DNA of 64,000 nucleotides, from NCBI GenBank assembly GCA_964449585.1, contig CAYUZE010000002.1, positions 52,833 to 116,832 on the forward strand, in the 5' to 3' direction. The position numbers and the translations under genes were made by a program. Position 1 is the stretch's first letter. Each line of letters opens with the position of its first letter. Below the pieces are notes generated by a model. That model did not search any database. It saw only the letters and a list, made by a program, of their open reading frames with translations, and was not told where the DNA came from. Shown here one piece after another: positions 47,295 to 56,983 of this stretch. Origin of the DNA: an uncultured Gammaproteobacteria bacterium. GTDB taxonomy: Bacteria > Patescibacteriota > Microgenomatia > UBA10105 > UBA927.

Positions 47295-47371
47295 GGACCC
47301 GTAGCTCAGCTGGCTAGAGCGTTTCATTGACATTGAAAAGGTCAGAGGTTCAAGTCCTCTCGGGTCCACCA
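47295..47371 (+). tRNA. tRNA-Val (anticodon GAC), CCA encoded
   Basis: Cloverleaf: acceptor GGACCCG/CGGGTCC, D-arm GCTC-AGCTGGCT-AGAGC, anticodon stem TTTCA/TGAAA with loop TTGACAT, T-arm AGAGG-TTCAAGT-CCTCT, then ACCA. TATAAT(47244-47249) about 45 nt upstream. Confidence 0.85.
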
Positions 47372-47461
47372 GTATGTGTTCGTATTCCCGTTATTGCCGC
47401 GAGCATCACGAGGAATCCCATAGTTTGATTTTTTCCTCCGATTTGTGTATATTTACACCCT

Positions 47462-47893
47462 ATGGCACGTATAGAGCGATTCAACGTCCAAGAAGAAGCC
47501 GCAGTGCGTGAGCTCGTCGCCCGGGCTGAGCGGTCGTTTGATCCGATGGTTTTTTCCGACATGCTGACAGAAGTCTCGAAACAATTTCGCAAACATCCTC
47601 TGCGGTTTGTGGAAGGTGAGCTTCGACGGTTGAAGAGCGGATTGTTCCTCATAGCAAATCCTATGACCCCCGATATACGCAAGCATTACGATGCTACGAT
47701 GCCGCACACCGGTAACACGCAATATCCGTTTGGATTGGCATATTTTATGGGTGAATCGGATATGTGGCATGCGCAATTGCAGGCATACGGTGCAACACCC
47801 GCGCTCAATGAAGAACGGCTTGATAGCACGGGATTCCTCACCGTAAAACGCGGATCAGCACTCGCCCGATGGGCACAAGCGGGATATAACTAA
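47462..47893 (+). CDS. hypothetical protein
   Basis: 143 aa, no recognisable motif. TATATT 8 nt upstream of the ATG. Confidence 0.4.
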   Translation: MARIERFNVQEEAAVRELVARAERSFDPMVFSDMLTEVSKQFRKHPLRFVEGELRRLKSGLFLIANPMTPDIRKHYDATMPHTGNTQYPFGLAYFMGESDMWHAQLQAYGATPALNEERLDSTGFLTVKRGSALARWAQAGYN

Positions 47894-47955
47894 GTTGTAC
47901 TCCTCTTTTTTTGAACTCGTTACCCCAATCATCATATAATGCCTGTGGGTGGTTT

Positions 47956-48621
47956 ATGAAAAATTCCCTCGTGACACTTCTTTCGCCTTTTACCGGAAAA
48001 AAGCGTGCCGTGCAGATAACCACGATCATTCTGGTATTTGCCGGGATCGGCTATACGTTATTTTCGCAATACTACCCGATAGCCCAGGTGGTACCGGAGC
48101 AGGGTACACCGACGCCGACAACGCAAATAGCCAGCCCGTCGGCGACGCCGGTGCCAGTCCACGGAGGAGTCTTGGCGACGGTAGTAAGTGTCGTGGACGG
48201 GGATACGATAAAGATTGAGGGAGGTGAGGTGGTGCGCTATATCGGTGTCGATACGCCGGAAACGGTGGCGCCGAATAAACCCGTGCAGTGCTACGGCAAA
48301 GAAGCGAGCGCAAAAAACAAAGAATTGGTGCAGGGAAAGGTTGTCGAACTGGTTCGTGACGTATCGCAACGGGATAAATTCGGCAGGTTGCTTCGGTATG
48401 TATGGGTAGGGGACGTCATGGTCAATGAATACCTGGTGAAAGAAGGTTATGCACATGTCAGCACATATCCACCTGATGTTTCATATGTCGATACGTTTCT
48501 CGCCGCAGAAAAAAGCGCCCGTGAGGCAAATAAAGGATTATGGAGCGGCGTATGTCCCGTGGCAACCCCGACAATACCGCCGGTTGCTACTTCATCTGCA
48601 ACAATTACTCCTACTCCATAA
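47956..48621 (+). CDS. membrane-anchored thermonuclease (staphylococcal nuclease/SNase homologue)
   Basis: 'VVDGDTIKIEGGEVVRYIGVDTPE', 'DKFGRLLRYVWVGDVMVNEYLVKEGYA' match the SNase fold including Ca-binding Asp/Thr. N-terminal TM anchor. Thr/Pro-rich tails. An alternative start at 47911 exists. Confidence 0.8.
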   Translation: MKNSLVTLLSPFTGKKRAVQITTIILVFAGIGYTLFSQYYPIAQVVPEQGTPTPTTQIASPSATPVPVHGGVLATVVSVVDGDTIKIEGGEVVRYIGVDTPETVAPNKPVQCYGKEASAKNKELVQGKVVELVRDVSQRDKFGRLLRYVWVGDVMVNEYLVKEGYAHVSTYPPDVSYVDTFLAAEKSAREANKGLWSGVCPVATPTIPPVATSSATITPTP

Positions 48622-48691
48622 AGAGCGCTCCATTGCGCTTTTCATGTATTTTCTGGTATAGTTTTCCGGGTCTGCCCAAAAGTTTCACATC

Positions 48692-49411
48692 ATGGCATTA
48701 TTGATCGAATCATTTGGAGATACTCGTGAGACGGTGCTTTCGCGGGATCGGGTCATTCCCGATCTCAGGTTAAAGCTTCCCGGTTTATTCGGCGAGGAGG
48801 CGCCTCCCAATACGTTAAAAGATCTCTTGGTGAATAATACCGGCACGACGTTCACTCCCCTTAGTACCCACTACCCCATGGATTATGTCGGGGTGTATGC
48901 ACAAACGGGCAGGCGTATGGATCACATATACCATAACGTGCATGAATACTTTGCCGACGGCGGATGGTCGGCACGAGTCGGTGCACAACTTGATGCGATG
49001 CCGAATTTCACGATTGCATGGAATGGGGACAAAGGGCGGCGTGATTCCAGCAGACTTTCGGTGCATTGGATCGGGCATACGCCGAGTATCACGATAAATA
49101 CCGACGATCAAATTGTTGAGGCTGATCTTTTCGGCAGATTTATCGAACCGTTGCCTTTTGTCGAACTCTTCAAAAAACGAGGGAACGGAGAAGATTGGTT
49201 GAGAAGAGCATTTGCAAGATCGGGGGTACGGATGGACGAATTTACGGTAGAACCGGCAAAAAACATTTGGCGCGCCAAATTTGTGCACCAGCGGGAACGA
49301 CGGGAGGCATATGAATTAACGCTTCCGTTGGTGTTGCATACAAATCTTGTTAACGGAGTGCAGAGTCGTTTGGGAAAACGATTTAGTGAGCAAATAGCCG
49401 CAAGAACGTAG
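48692..49411 (+). CDS. hypothetical protein
   Basis: 239 aa, no motif recognised. Confidence 0.45.
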   Translation: MALLIESFGDTRETVLSRDRVIPDLRLKLPGLFGEEAPPNTLKDLLVNNTGTTFTPLSTHYPMDYVGVYAQTGRRMDHIYHNVHEYFADGGWSARVGAQLDAMPNFTIAWNGDKGRRDSSRLSVHWIGHTPSITINTDDQIVEADLFGRFIEPLPFVELFKKRGNGEDWLRRAFARSGVRMDEFTVEPAKNIWRAKFVHQRERREAYELTLPLVLHTNLVNGVQSRLGKRFSEQIAART

Positions 49412-49424
49412 GCAAAGGAGGTAG

Positions 49425-49721
49425 GTGAGTACGCAAATTGCGGAATGCGAACAATACGTGTTTCACGCGCACGGCAAGCGGAACGGTGCCAGAAAGTCCG
49501 AAGCGCTTCTTATTTTTGAAAGTCCTCTCGACGATAAAGGAGCATTCTTCATGGTACAGACAACCGACGGCGAGGAGAGGGCATCGTATGTTTCTCAAAA
49601 AACAGGATGGGAGGCAATGTGTGATATGCGGGCAAATATCACCGATATTCGGTTCACCAGAGTTTCGCGTACTCCTCAGTCCGATCGACCGGGTCCACGG
49701 CTGATTCTCCTTGCTGAGTAA
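49425..49721 (+). CDS. hypothetical protein (GTG start)
   Basis: SD AAGGAGG 8 nt upstream of a GTG start. 98 aa. Confidence 0.4.
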   Translation: MSTQIAECEQYVFHAHGKRNGARKSEALLIFESPLDDKGAFFMVQTTDGEERASYVSQKTGWEAMCDMRANITDIRFTRVSRTPQSDRPGPRLILLAE

Positions 49722-49776
49722 CCGCTTTGCCTTGTAAATACGCGCTAAAGTACGAATTTTACGGTATAATTCATCC

Positions 49777-50019
49777 ATGACAGAAGCCAAGTGGAAGATC
49801 GATATATATGGCTACAAAATCAGTGACGCGACGACTACGGTCACTGAAGCGTTAGAAAAGGCGGGACTTGCGTTTGAGTTTCATAATATGAGCTCGGAGG
49901 CTCCGGTCATACAGGCCGTGGCAAAAAATGGCTACCATAGACGGGCATACCGAAACGCCCCGTATCTATCTGCGCCGTGGGGTCTGGCCGAACATGGAAA
50001 TGAAAGCGGTACTTTTTAA
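49777..50019 (+). CDS. hypothetical small protein
   Basis: 80 aa. Perfect TATAAT(49765-49770) 6 nt upstream of the ATG, suggesting a leaderless transcript. Confidence 0.35.
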   Translation: MTEAKWKIDIYGYKISDATTTVTEALEKAGLAFEFHNMSSEAPVIQAVAKNGYHRRAYRNAPYLSAPWGLAEHGNESGTF

Positions 50020-50091
50020 TCCTTCAAGAGTAGCGCTACAAACAATGTTGAAATATCACGAGGTAAAATAGCGGTTCATTTTGCCATCGAA

Positions 50092-52086
50092 TCATCGGTC
50101 ATGTAGGATATCGTTGTTTTTTCGATGCGCATCAAATCGAAGTTTCCATTTTTTGCTCCCGGTGCCCGCGTGAGTATATTCTTTCCAGGTTGAAGTGCCG
50201 TCATCGAAGAGCTGGATAACGATAATTTTCGCTTTTTTCTGCCACCACCATTTTTTAGACGGTATGACGGTAAGGGTATATGCCTGCAGGTGGGGATCGA
50301 GAATGGTGATTTGCCCTTCATCATCGGTCGTTTTATTTCCGTTATTGTCGGTAAGCGTAAGATGCGCGTTATCGGCAACGAGAAGAAGTGCCGAGGTGTT
50401 TTTTGCAGGTTTGATTTTGATCGGTGTTTGCCTGTTCAATCTCAGCATTGATTGTGTAAAAGCCTGGTTATCAAGAAAACCAAGTATGGCATCGATTCCG
50501 GTCGGATCAGTCACCAATCCGGCATGATCGAGCGGAAGTATTACATTTTCAGCATCCGATAACATGCTACTCTCGGTTAATACCGTGCCATCACCATCGG
50601 CATAGGCTTTATTATTTGTCGGCCTACCGTCTGTCCAATTCCCTAGCCGACGATCATTTTTGTTTGCCGGTTGTACTTCTAGCGTGCGAAGTGTCTGATA
50701 TCCGGAACCGGATAGAGCACCTACCCGTATGTCGTAGTAAGGCGGCACATATGTATCGGGAAGCAGATTATTTTTTGCCGTCATTTCCGCTACGGAAATG
50801 GTTTTCCCCGACGGTGTTTTCAGATAATCAAATATCGGTAAAATGTTTTGTGTTGCCGGAATTGACATATGTACTGTTTCCCGCGCGGACATGTCGTTTT
50901 TTATGGCACACCCTACGCGCATCATGGTAAATCCGAGCCGTATTGAGATATCGTCTATCCACATTTCGCCTGCAGACCACGCAGGATATGCAAGCACTGA
51001 TCCCTGATGCGGGGTGCCAACCGTGAGTAGCGATCGGATACGACTTTCGCTTTTTGCGGATGCCACATATGTTCGGCTCACTATTCCGCCAAAACTGTGT
51101 GCCACGACATCAGCCATCTGACCGGCTGGCACTCGGGAAGTGATAAATGCGTTGAGTTGTTGTGCGGAATCCGGTGCATTTCTTCGCCAATCGTAGTAAA
51201 ACGGCAACACTTCATATCCGTGTGCTCGTATATTATTGGTAAGTGAATCATATATATCAGCATTTTTTATTTTCCACGGCGACCAATCTCCCGAATATTC
51301 GGTCGTTTTGCAATTTAGGAGGGCGTCTTTGTTCCAACTTCCTCCCGCGCCATGTATGACGATAACTTTCCGGGGTGCTTCAGATGCCGGTGTGGGAGTC
51401 GCCGTCGGTAAAGGCGTTGGTGTAGGAGTGGGTGTAGAAGTGGGTAATGGTGTCGGGGTTAATGTCGGTTCTACCGTTGGGGTCGGTGTAGGTTCTTCGT
51501 ATGTGGAAAGAACAAAATTTGCCATTTCGTAGTCTCCGTTACCCAAAAAAGATATCCAAACTCTAGTTAATTCAAAGGAAGAAGAGGTGTTAACGGATCC
51601 TAACAAAATATCGTCCTCATAAATAATAATGTCTGTGTTAGATTGAGGTGATATTCTTACAACGAAATGATGCTTGCCTAAAGAATGATTCCAAGACACA
51701 AGCTTATCGTTATTATTTGAATCATGTAATTGAAGATAATTTTGCCATGTGTTTATAATTTTCCAGTTATTTTGGTTATCACCTATACCAAGTCCCCATG
51801 TTTGTTGGCTTGTTGATTTATTAACAGTAATATCAAATTCAATCTGATAAATATAGTTGCCTGCAATAGCATATTCCAAAACAGTCCACGAATTACTTAT
51901 ATCAGTACCTGTAATCCCGGATGAAGTTAAAACGGGAGGGAAAGTACCACTAGGTACGCTCCATTCATTGCTATATGAGTTTAAAAAGGAATCAGAGAAG
52001 ATATAAGACGCCTTAACCGACGTGGTTTGAGCTAAAAGAAAAATACAGAAAATCAAAACCGCTAGAGTGGACAGGAATAATTTCAT
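50092..52086 (-). CDS. secreted multi-domain lipase/esterase: signal peptide - N-terminal beta-rich domain - Pro/Thr linker - alpha/beta-hydrolase (lipase class 2-like) - C-terminal domain
   Basis: Signal peptide MKLFLSTLAVLIFCIFLLAQTTSVKA. PT linker 'EPTPTPTVEPTLTPTPLPTSTPTPTPTPLPTATPTP'. 'VIVIHGAGGSW' and nucleophile elbow 'AHSFGG'. The 5' ~550 bp (N-domain) is about 30% GC while the rest is about 50%. Confidence 0.65.
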   Translation of the reverse strand: MKLFLSTLAVLIFCIFLLAQTTSVKASYIFSDSFLNSYSNEWSVPSGTFPPVLTSSGITGTDISNSWTVLEYAIAGNYIYQIEFDITVNKSTSQQTWGLGIGDNQNNWKIINTWQNYLQLHDSNNNDKLVSWNHSLGKHHFVVRISPQSNTDIIIYEDDILLGSVNTSSSFELTRVWISFLGNGDYEMANFVLSTYEEPTPTPTVEPTLTPTPLPTSTPTPTPTPLPTATPTPASEAPRKVIVIHGAGGSWNKDALLNCKTTEYSGDWSPWKIKNADIYDSLTNNIRAHGYEVLPFYYDWRRNAPDSAQQLNAFITSRVPAGQMADVVAHSFGGIVSRTYVASAKSESRIRSLLTVGTPHQGSVLAYPAWSAGEMWIDDISIRLGFTMMRVGCAIKNDMSARETVHMSIPATQNILPIFDYLKTPSGKTISVAEMTAKNNLLPDTYVPPYYDIRVGALSGSGYQTLRTLEVQPANKNDRRLGNWTDGRPTNNKAYADGDGTVLTESSMLSDAENVILPLDHAGLVTDPTGIDAILGFLDNQAFTQSMLRLNRQTPIKIKPAKNTSALLLVADNAHLTLTDNNGNKTTDDEGQITILDPHLQAYTLTVIPSKKWWWQKKAKIIVIQLFDDGTSTWKEYTHAGTGSKKWKLRFDAHRKNNDILHDR

Positions 52087-52183
52087 AAATCTCCTGCGGC
52101 TACAAATATAATTTTGAAAATAGCACTACATAAAAATATTGTCAGTAAGAAATACCACATAAAGAATGTGATAAACTACCCGC

Positions 52184-53029
52184 ATGTATCCGTGTCCATC
52201 ATGTGGCTCAGAAATTACTAGTGAATATGCAAATATAAGTGGTCATGTGATTTTTTCATGCAATAAATGCACCTTACTTTTTAACCCAGTAGATGAAGAA
52301 AAAAGAAAAAAATTTATAAAAAAACAATATGAAACAGGTTATGCAAAAGATTATGAGGAAAAATTGAGTAAGTTTAATGAGAGATATAAAAATTTCCTAC
52401 ATTTAATCAATAGATATAAAACAGATGGAAACTTGCTTGATATTGGTTGTGGCACGGGCTTTTTTCTAAAATATGTTAAAAAGAATAGCTTTTTTAATCC
52501 ATATGGTGTTGAACCAAACGATAAATTGCGGAAAGTAGCAAAACTTAATTCTAAACTGAATATCGCTACAGGTTCCCTAGATCAAATACCTTACAACGAT
52601 AATTTCTTTGATGTGATAACTTGTCTTGATGTACTAGAACACAGCATTAACATTAATAATAATATTACAGAGCTAAAGCGGGTTTTAAAACCAAATGGTC
52701 TTCTTTTGCTTCAAGTACCAAATTACAAAAGTTATATGGCATATATTACAGGAGAAAAATGGGATTGGTGGTCAATTCCCGACCATGTGCTTCATTTTTC
52801 TTTTGATTTTATATCGCAATACATGCAAAATAGAGGATTTATCATATTAAAGAAATTTACATACCAAGATCGAAATGACTTCATCTTAAATATTATGGGC
52901 ATATTCAAGAAAAATATGTTCACTAAGTGTTTATTTATTATCCTTATGCCTATATTACATATAATTGAGTTGCTAAGTGTTATAACGAATCGAGGCGGTT
53001 TATCTTTACTTCTTTTGAAGAAATTATAA
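52184..53029 (+). CDS. class I SAM-dependent methyltransferase with N-terminal Cys4 zinc ribbon
   Basis: 'CPSCGSE...CNKC', then 'LLDIGCGTGFF' (motif I) and 'LKPNGLLLLQVPN'. Encoded within the AT-rich block. Confidence 0.7.
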   Translation: MYPCPSCGSEITSEYANISGHVIFSCNKCTLLFNPVDEEKRKKFIKKQYETGYAKDYEEKLSKFNERYKNFLHLINRYKTDGNLLDIGCGTGFFLKYVKKNSFFNPYGVEPNDKLRKVAKLNSKLNIATGSLDQIPYNDNFFDVITCLDVLEHSININNNITELKRVLKPNGLLLLQVPNYKSYMAYITGEKWDWWSIPDHVLHFSFDFISQYMQNRGFIILKKFTYQDRNDFILNIMGIFKKNMFTKCLFIILMPILHIIELLSVITNRGGLSLLLLKKL

Positions 53030-53031
53030 TT

Positions 53032-53724
53032 ATGATATCTATTTTGATCATTTGCCAAAAAATAGACGATTACTTAATTAGAACTATTAAAAGCGTATTA
53101 CCGTTAAACCCACAAATAATCGTAGATATTAGTCAAAATGGTTACGAGCCTCTAGGTGCTCGAAAGAATCATCTCTTAAGACTTGCCGCTTATGAATGGG
53201 TCTTATTGCTTGATACTGATGAGATCGTTACAGACGATCTTTTAATTGATATTCGAAGGATTATTAGCAACCCTAATATCTTGATTTCAGGCTATGCAAT
53301 TAGATATCAAAACCATGTCGGTGATAAGCCACTTTTATATGGGGGGGAAGTGTACAAAAAAGTACGTTTATTTAAAAAAATAAAAGCATCTGTATCGGAG
53401 TTGCCAATACATGAGGAAATATCCGTAAATGGAGATATTGGCGTATGTCGTGGCAAAATATTGCACTATTCATATAGGTCAATTACTTATGTTCTACTCA
53501 AATTCACTAAATATGCATGGCAGATGGCAGGGGAAAAGAAAAAAGCAGGAGAAAGAGTAACACTCAAAAAACTTTTTCTCTACGGTCCTCATATGGTTTG
53601 GGCGCGAGCCATTAAAGATGAGGGGTGGCGGGACGGATGGCGAGGAATACTCATAGCGCTTTGCTTCGGCTATATGGAAAGCCTTATGTATTGGTTACTG
53701 CTATGGCGAAATATTTTCGGCTAA
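53032..53724 (+). CDS. GT2-like glycosyltransferase (LPS-core-type)
   Basis: 230 aa, 'LLLDTDEIVTDD' DxD region. The 5' half is AT-rich and the 3' half has normal GC. Assignment by weak similarity only. Confidence 0.45.
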   Translation: MISILIICQKIDDYLIRTIKSVLPLNPQIIVDISQNGYEPLGARKNHLLRLAAYEWVLLLDTDEIVTDDLLIDIRRIISNPNILISGYAIRYQNHVGDKPLLYGGEVYKKVRLFKKIKASVSELPIHEEISVNGDIGVCRGKILHYSYRSITYVLLKFTKYAWQMAGEKKKAGERVTLKKLFLYGPHMVWARAIKDEGWRDGWRGILIALCFGYMESLMYWLLLWRNIFG

Positions 53725-55124
53725 ATCCGTATTTGGAGATCACCGCGTTCCTTACTGCGATTGCCTTCCATTTTTGGTTGCTGTTCCATACGACATTCGT
53801 GGATTGGCCTGAGATGCTGGTCTATCCGTGGTTTCTCAGCAAAGGACTGTTGTACTATCGGGATGTTGTACTCGCGTATGTCCCCGGGTCATATTATTTG
53901 CTTCATGGGTTATATTCACTTCTCGGTTATAGTCCGGGTTCCGAACGAGCTATCGCATACGGATTTATTTTGCTGACCGATTGGCTGGTTTATGTGGTGT
54001 CCAGGAAAGTCACAAAGTCGGGATTGATGGGCATTATTGCTCTTTTCTTTTTCGTTCTTTGGCAACCGATTTTTTCCGGTAATACCATTTGGTATGAGAC
54101 GATACTTGCCCCGCTCTACCTTCTTACCTACTTATTACTTCTCGGTTATATTGAGAGACCTCGGTTGTCCCGCGTGCTTTTGGTGGGAGCCATCCTGGGC
54201 ATCGCGACGCTGATCAAACAAACCGCTATTTGGCCGCTTGCTTTCATATGTCTGTTTATCTGGCTAACGGGAAAGGAAAAACGTTCATCCTTTCTTCATG
54301 CGGTCGCTGTCGGTACGGTTACCGTTGTCATGCAAGGCATATCGTGGGGATACTTTGCTCTTCGGGGTGCGGGTGTCGAATACGGCTTCTGGGTATTCGG
54401 ATTTTTGGGTTTTCTGTCGGGACAATCAAGCATGTATGCGCTTGCTCCGCCCCGTTCCGATCTGACCCTCATTGCCCCGGCGCTCATCCCTTTTGCCGCA
54501 CTTATCCTGTCACCCATGAAAAAAGAGCGATTGCTCCTTATCGTGTTCACGGTGGCGGTACTTTTGGCCGGTCTTCCTCGATGGGGACTGCATCGATTGC
54601 AACCGATGCTTGCGTTTATTGCTGTGGGGCTTTCGTTTCTCGGAGCCGTTGATTATCACAAGAAAAACACGCGAATTGTCTTACTTGTTTTTGCGATATG
54701 TCTGACAATTCTCGGGAGCTGGCGGAGCTTCAGAGTCTTTGTCACGCTTCGTGACCCGATGCAACCGACTTTTTTTACCGCCAAGTATGAATCGCTTGTT
54801 TCATATCTCGATGACCATGCTCCCGGGAGTCTGTATGTTTTGGGAAATTACGATTATGTGTACTTTGGGCGAAATGAAACACCGGTAGTGCTTCCCTGGG
54901 TTCCTCTTTTTCCGTGGAACGGAAAAGTTCCCGGCATGGAAGACCGGCTGATCCGCTCGCTTGAAGCCGCAAAGCCCGAGTACATCCTGTACGCTCCGTT
55001 TCATCCGCCGAATAAATATTACGATGGATACGCGCCGGAGGCACTTTTCTTGTATGTTTCGGCAAAGTATGAAAAAATAGGCGCGCCGCCGGCGGAAGGC
55101 GGGGAATTGCTCAGGAGAAAATGA
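53703..55124 (+). CDS. polytopic membrane protein, GT-C-like (candidate glycosyltransferase/polymerase)
   Basis: 10 or more predicted TM helices with a C-terminal soluble domain. Start taken at MAKYFRL. Confidence 0.45.
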   Translation: MAKYFRLNPYLEITAFLTAIAFHFWLLFHTTFVDWPEMLVYPWFLSKGLLYYRDVVLAYVPGSYYLLHGLYSLLGYSPGSERAIAYGFILLTDWLVYVVSRKVTKSGLMGIIALFFFVLWQPIFSGNTIWYETILAPLYLLTYLLLLGYIERPRLSRVLLVGAILGIATLIKQTAIWPLAFICLFIWLTGKEKRSSFLHAVAVGTVTVVMQGISWGYFALRGAGVEYGFWVFGFLGFLSGQSSMYALAPPRSDLTLIAPALIPFAALILSPMKKERLLLIVFTVAVLLAGLPRWGLHRLQPMLAFIAVGLSFLGAVDYHKKNTRIVLLVFAICLTILGSWRSFRVFVTLRDPMQPTFFTAKYESLVSYLDDHAPGSLYVLGNYDYVYFGRNETPVVLPWVPLFPWNGKVPGMEDRLIRSLEAAKPEYILYAPFHPPNKYYDGYAPEALFLYVSAKYEKIGAPPAEGGELLRRK

Positions 55125-55900
55125 ACAAGTCCATCGCATTTATTATCATCGCGTATCGCCCGAAGATGCGCGACTTTCGGAGGTTGCTTCGTATCTTGGA
55201 AGGGTATCCCGTCATTATCGTCGATAACGGAGGAACGTTGACCCTTGATGATGTGGGGCGCGCTACATTGTTGTCGCAGACAAAAAATGTTGGCTACGGT
55301 GCGGCGGCAAATATCGGGATACATAACGCCAGTGGCTTCGGCGCCAAATGGTTTGTGATTTTAAATCAGGATATGGTGCTTACCCGACCGGCCGTGTTAT
55401 CGCTTATTCGTCAGCTCCGGAAACTTCCTCCATGTGTAGCAGGCACCTTTGCCGCGGGGCTCGATGAAAGTCGCTGGACGACCATTCTTCCCTCGAAAAA
55501 GCTTGATTATCTCACGGGTTCATGCGTTGCGATCCATGAGCGCATCATCGGCAAAGTCGGCTACTTCTACGAACCGTACTTTCTCTATTACGAAGACGCG
55601 GACTACTGCATCCGTACCAAAAACGCAGGGTATCCGTTAACGCGTATAGATCTTGTCGACGTTGCCCATGAAGAATCCGCTTCATTGGGGAGAGGATCGG
55701 AGTTGCATCAGTACTATCTCGCGCGGAATCATATGCTGTTTGTTGCCCGCCTGGCGCCTACTCCCGTAAAGCTCTACGAATTTTTCCGTCTGGGGAAAAC
55801 GCTGTATGAACACGTCGCCCGCCGGGAAAAAGGGGCATTGCTCGGGCTTCGCGATTTCGTCTTCGGTCGCTTTGGTATGATAAAGGAAGGAAAATTATGA
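55121..55900 (+). CDS. GT2-family glycosyltransferase
   Basis: 'IIIAYRP', 'IIVDNGGT', 'YFLYYEDADYCIRT' are GT-A fold motifs. Confidence 0.7.
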   Translation: MNKSIAFIIIAYRPKMRDFRRLLRILEGYPVIIVDNGGTLTLDDVGRATLLSQTKNVGYGAAANIGIHNASGFGAKWFVILNQDMVLTRPAVLSLIRQLRKLPPCVAGTFAAGLDESRWTTILPSKKLDYLTGSCVAIHERIIGKVGYFYEPYFLYYEDADYCIRTKNAGYPLTRIDLVDVAHEESASLGRGSELHQYYLARNHMLFVARLAPTPVKLYEFFRLGKTLYEHVARREKGALLGLRDFVFGRFGMIKEGKL

Positions 55901-56973
55901 AGGTTGGCATAGACGGCGGTGCACTTTCTATCTCGGATGACCGGTTAAAAGTCGGTGTGTATCGGGTAGCCTATAACCTCGTGAAAGAATTGCCCCGATT
56001 TGCCGCGGCAAATGACTATAGGGTGTACAGCTTCAAAAGGGGAGAGGAGGGTAGTGCTTCGCTTATCCGAAAGAATGTTTCATTTGTCGGATTACCGCGC
56101 CACGGGTTTCAAAAAATCTGGCAACCGATAGAACTTATCAAACATCCCGTAGAGGTGTATTTAGGTATTTCACAAGCCCTTCCACTTACATTGTACGACG
56201 TTAGAAAAATCGGGTTTATTTATGACGTCGGATTCATGGATCAGCCAGAATTTTATCGCGAGTCGTATTTTGCCCTTTCCCGACAAACAGCCGATGTCGT
56301 TCGGCGTGCCGATCATATCATCACCATCTCACATGCATCCGCCGCAAGCATACGGAAACATTACAAGGTACGGCCGGAGAAGCTCACGGTTGCCTATTTG
56401 GGTGTGGAAAAACAATTCCATCCAACCGGTCCGGTATTTAAGGGAACGAATCCGTACTTTTTGTTTGTCGGTTCCTTGAAACCGGGGAAAAACGTTCCGA
56501 TGATGCTTCGGTCATTCGCGGATTTTTTGAAGTCGAGTAAAACGCCGTATGATTTTATCCTGGCGGGAAGCGATTACTGGTTAGATCCGGGGATCTCGGC
56601 AACCATTAACGCGCTCGGCATACGAGACAGGGTGCACACGATAGGGTTTGTCGATGATGAAACCCTTTCCCAGTATTATCGGGGTGCCACCGCGTTTGTC
56701 AGTGTATCGCTCATTGAAGGGTTCGGTCTTCCGGTCGTTGAAGCCATGGCGACGGGCACTCCTGTTATCGGATCAACCGCAGGTTCATATCCTGAGGTGG
56801 TGGAAAATGCGGGTCTACTGGTGGATCCGGAGGATGACGCCGCCCTCACCCGTGCGATGATACGAATAGCCACACAAAAAGATCTCCGTCATACCTTGGC
56901 GCATATGGGGAAAACACGCGCCAAGCAATTTACCTGGTCGGGTTTTGCACAAAGTGTTGCGAGTGTTTTCTAA
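55897..56973 (+). CDS. GT4-family (group 1) glycosyltransferase
   Basis: 'EGFGLPVVEAMATGTPVIGS' EX7E region. Confidence 0.8.
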   Translation: MKVGIDGGALSISDDRLKVGVYRVAYNLVKELPRFAAANDYRVYSFKRGEEGSASLIRKNVSFVGLPRHGFQKIWQPIELIKHPVEVYLGISQALPLTLYDVRKIGFIYDVGFMDQPEFYRESYFALSRQTADVVRRADHIITISHASAASIRKHYKVRPEKLTVAYLGVEKQFHPTGPVFKGTNPYFLFVGSLKPGKNVPMMLRSFADFLKSSKTPYDFILAGSDYWLDPGISATINALGIRDRVHTIGFVDDETLSQYYRGATAFVSVSLIEGFGLPVVEAMATGTPVIGSTAGSYPEVVENAGLLVDPEDDAALTRAMIRIATQKDLRHTLAHMGKTRAKQFTWSGFAQSVASVF

Positions 56974-56983
56974 CCCCATCCGT

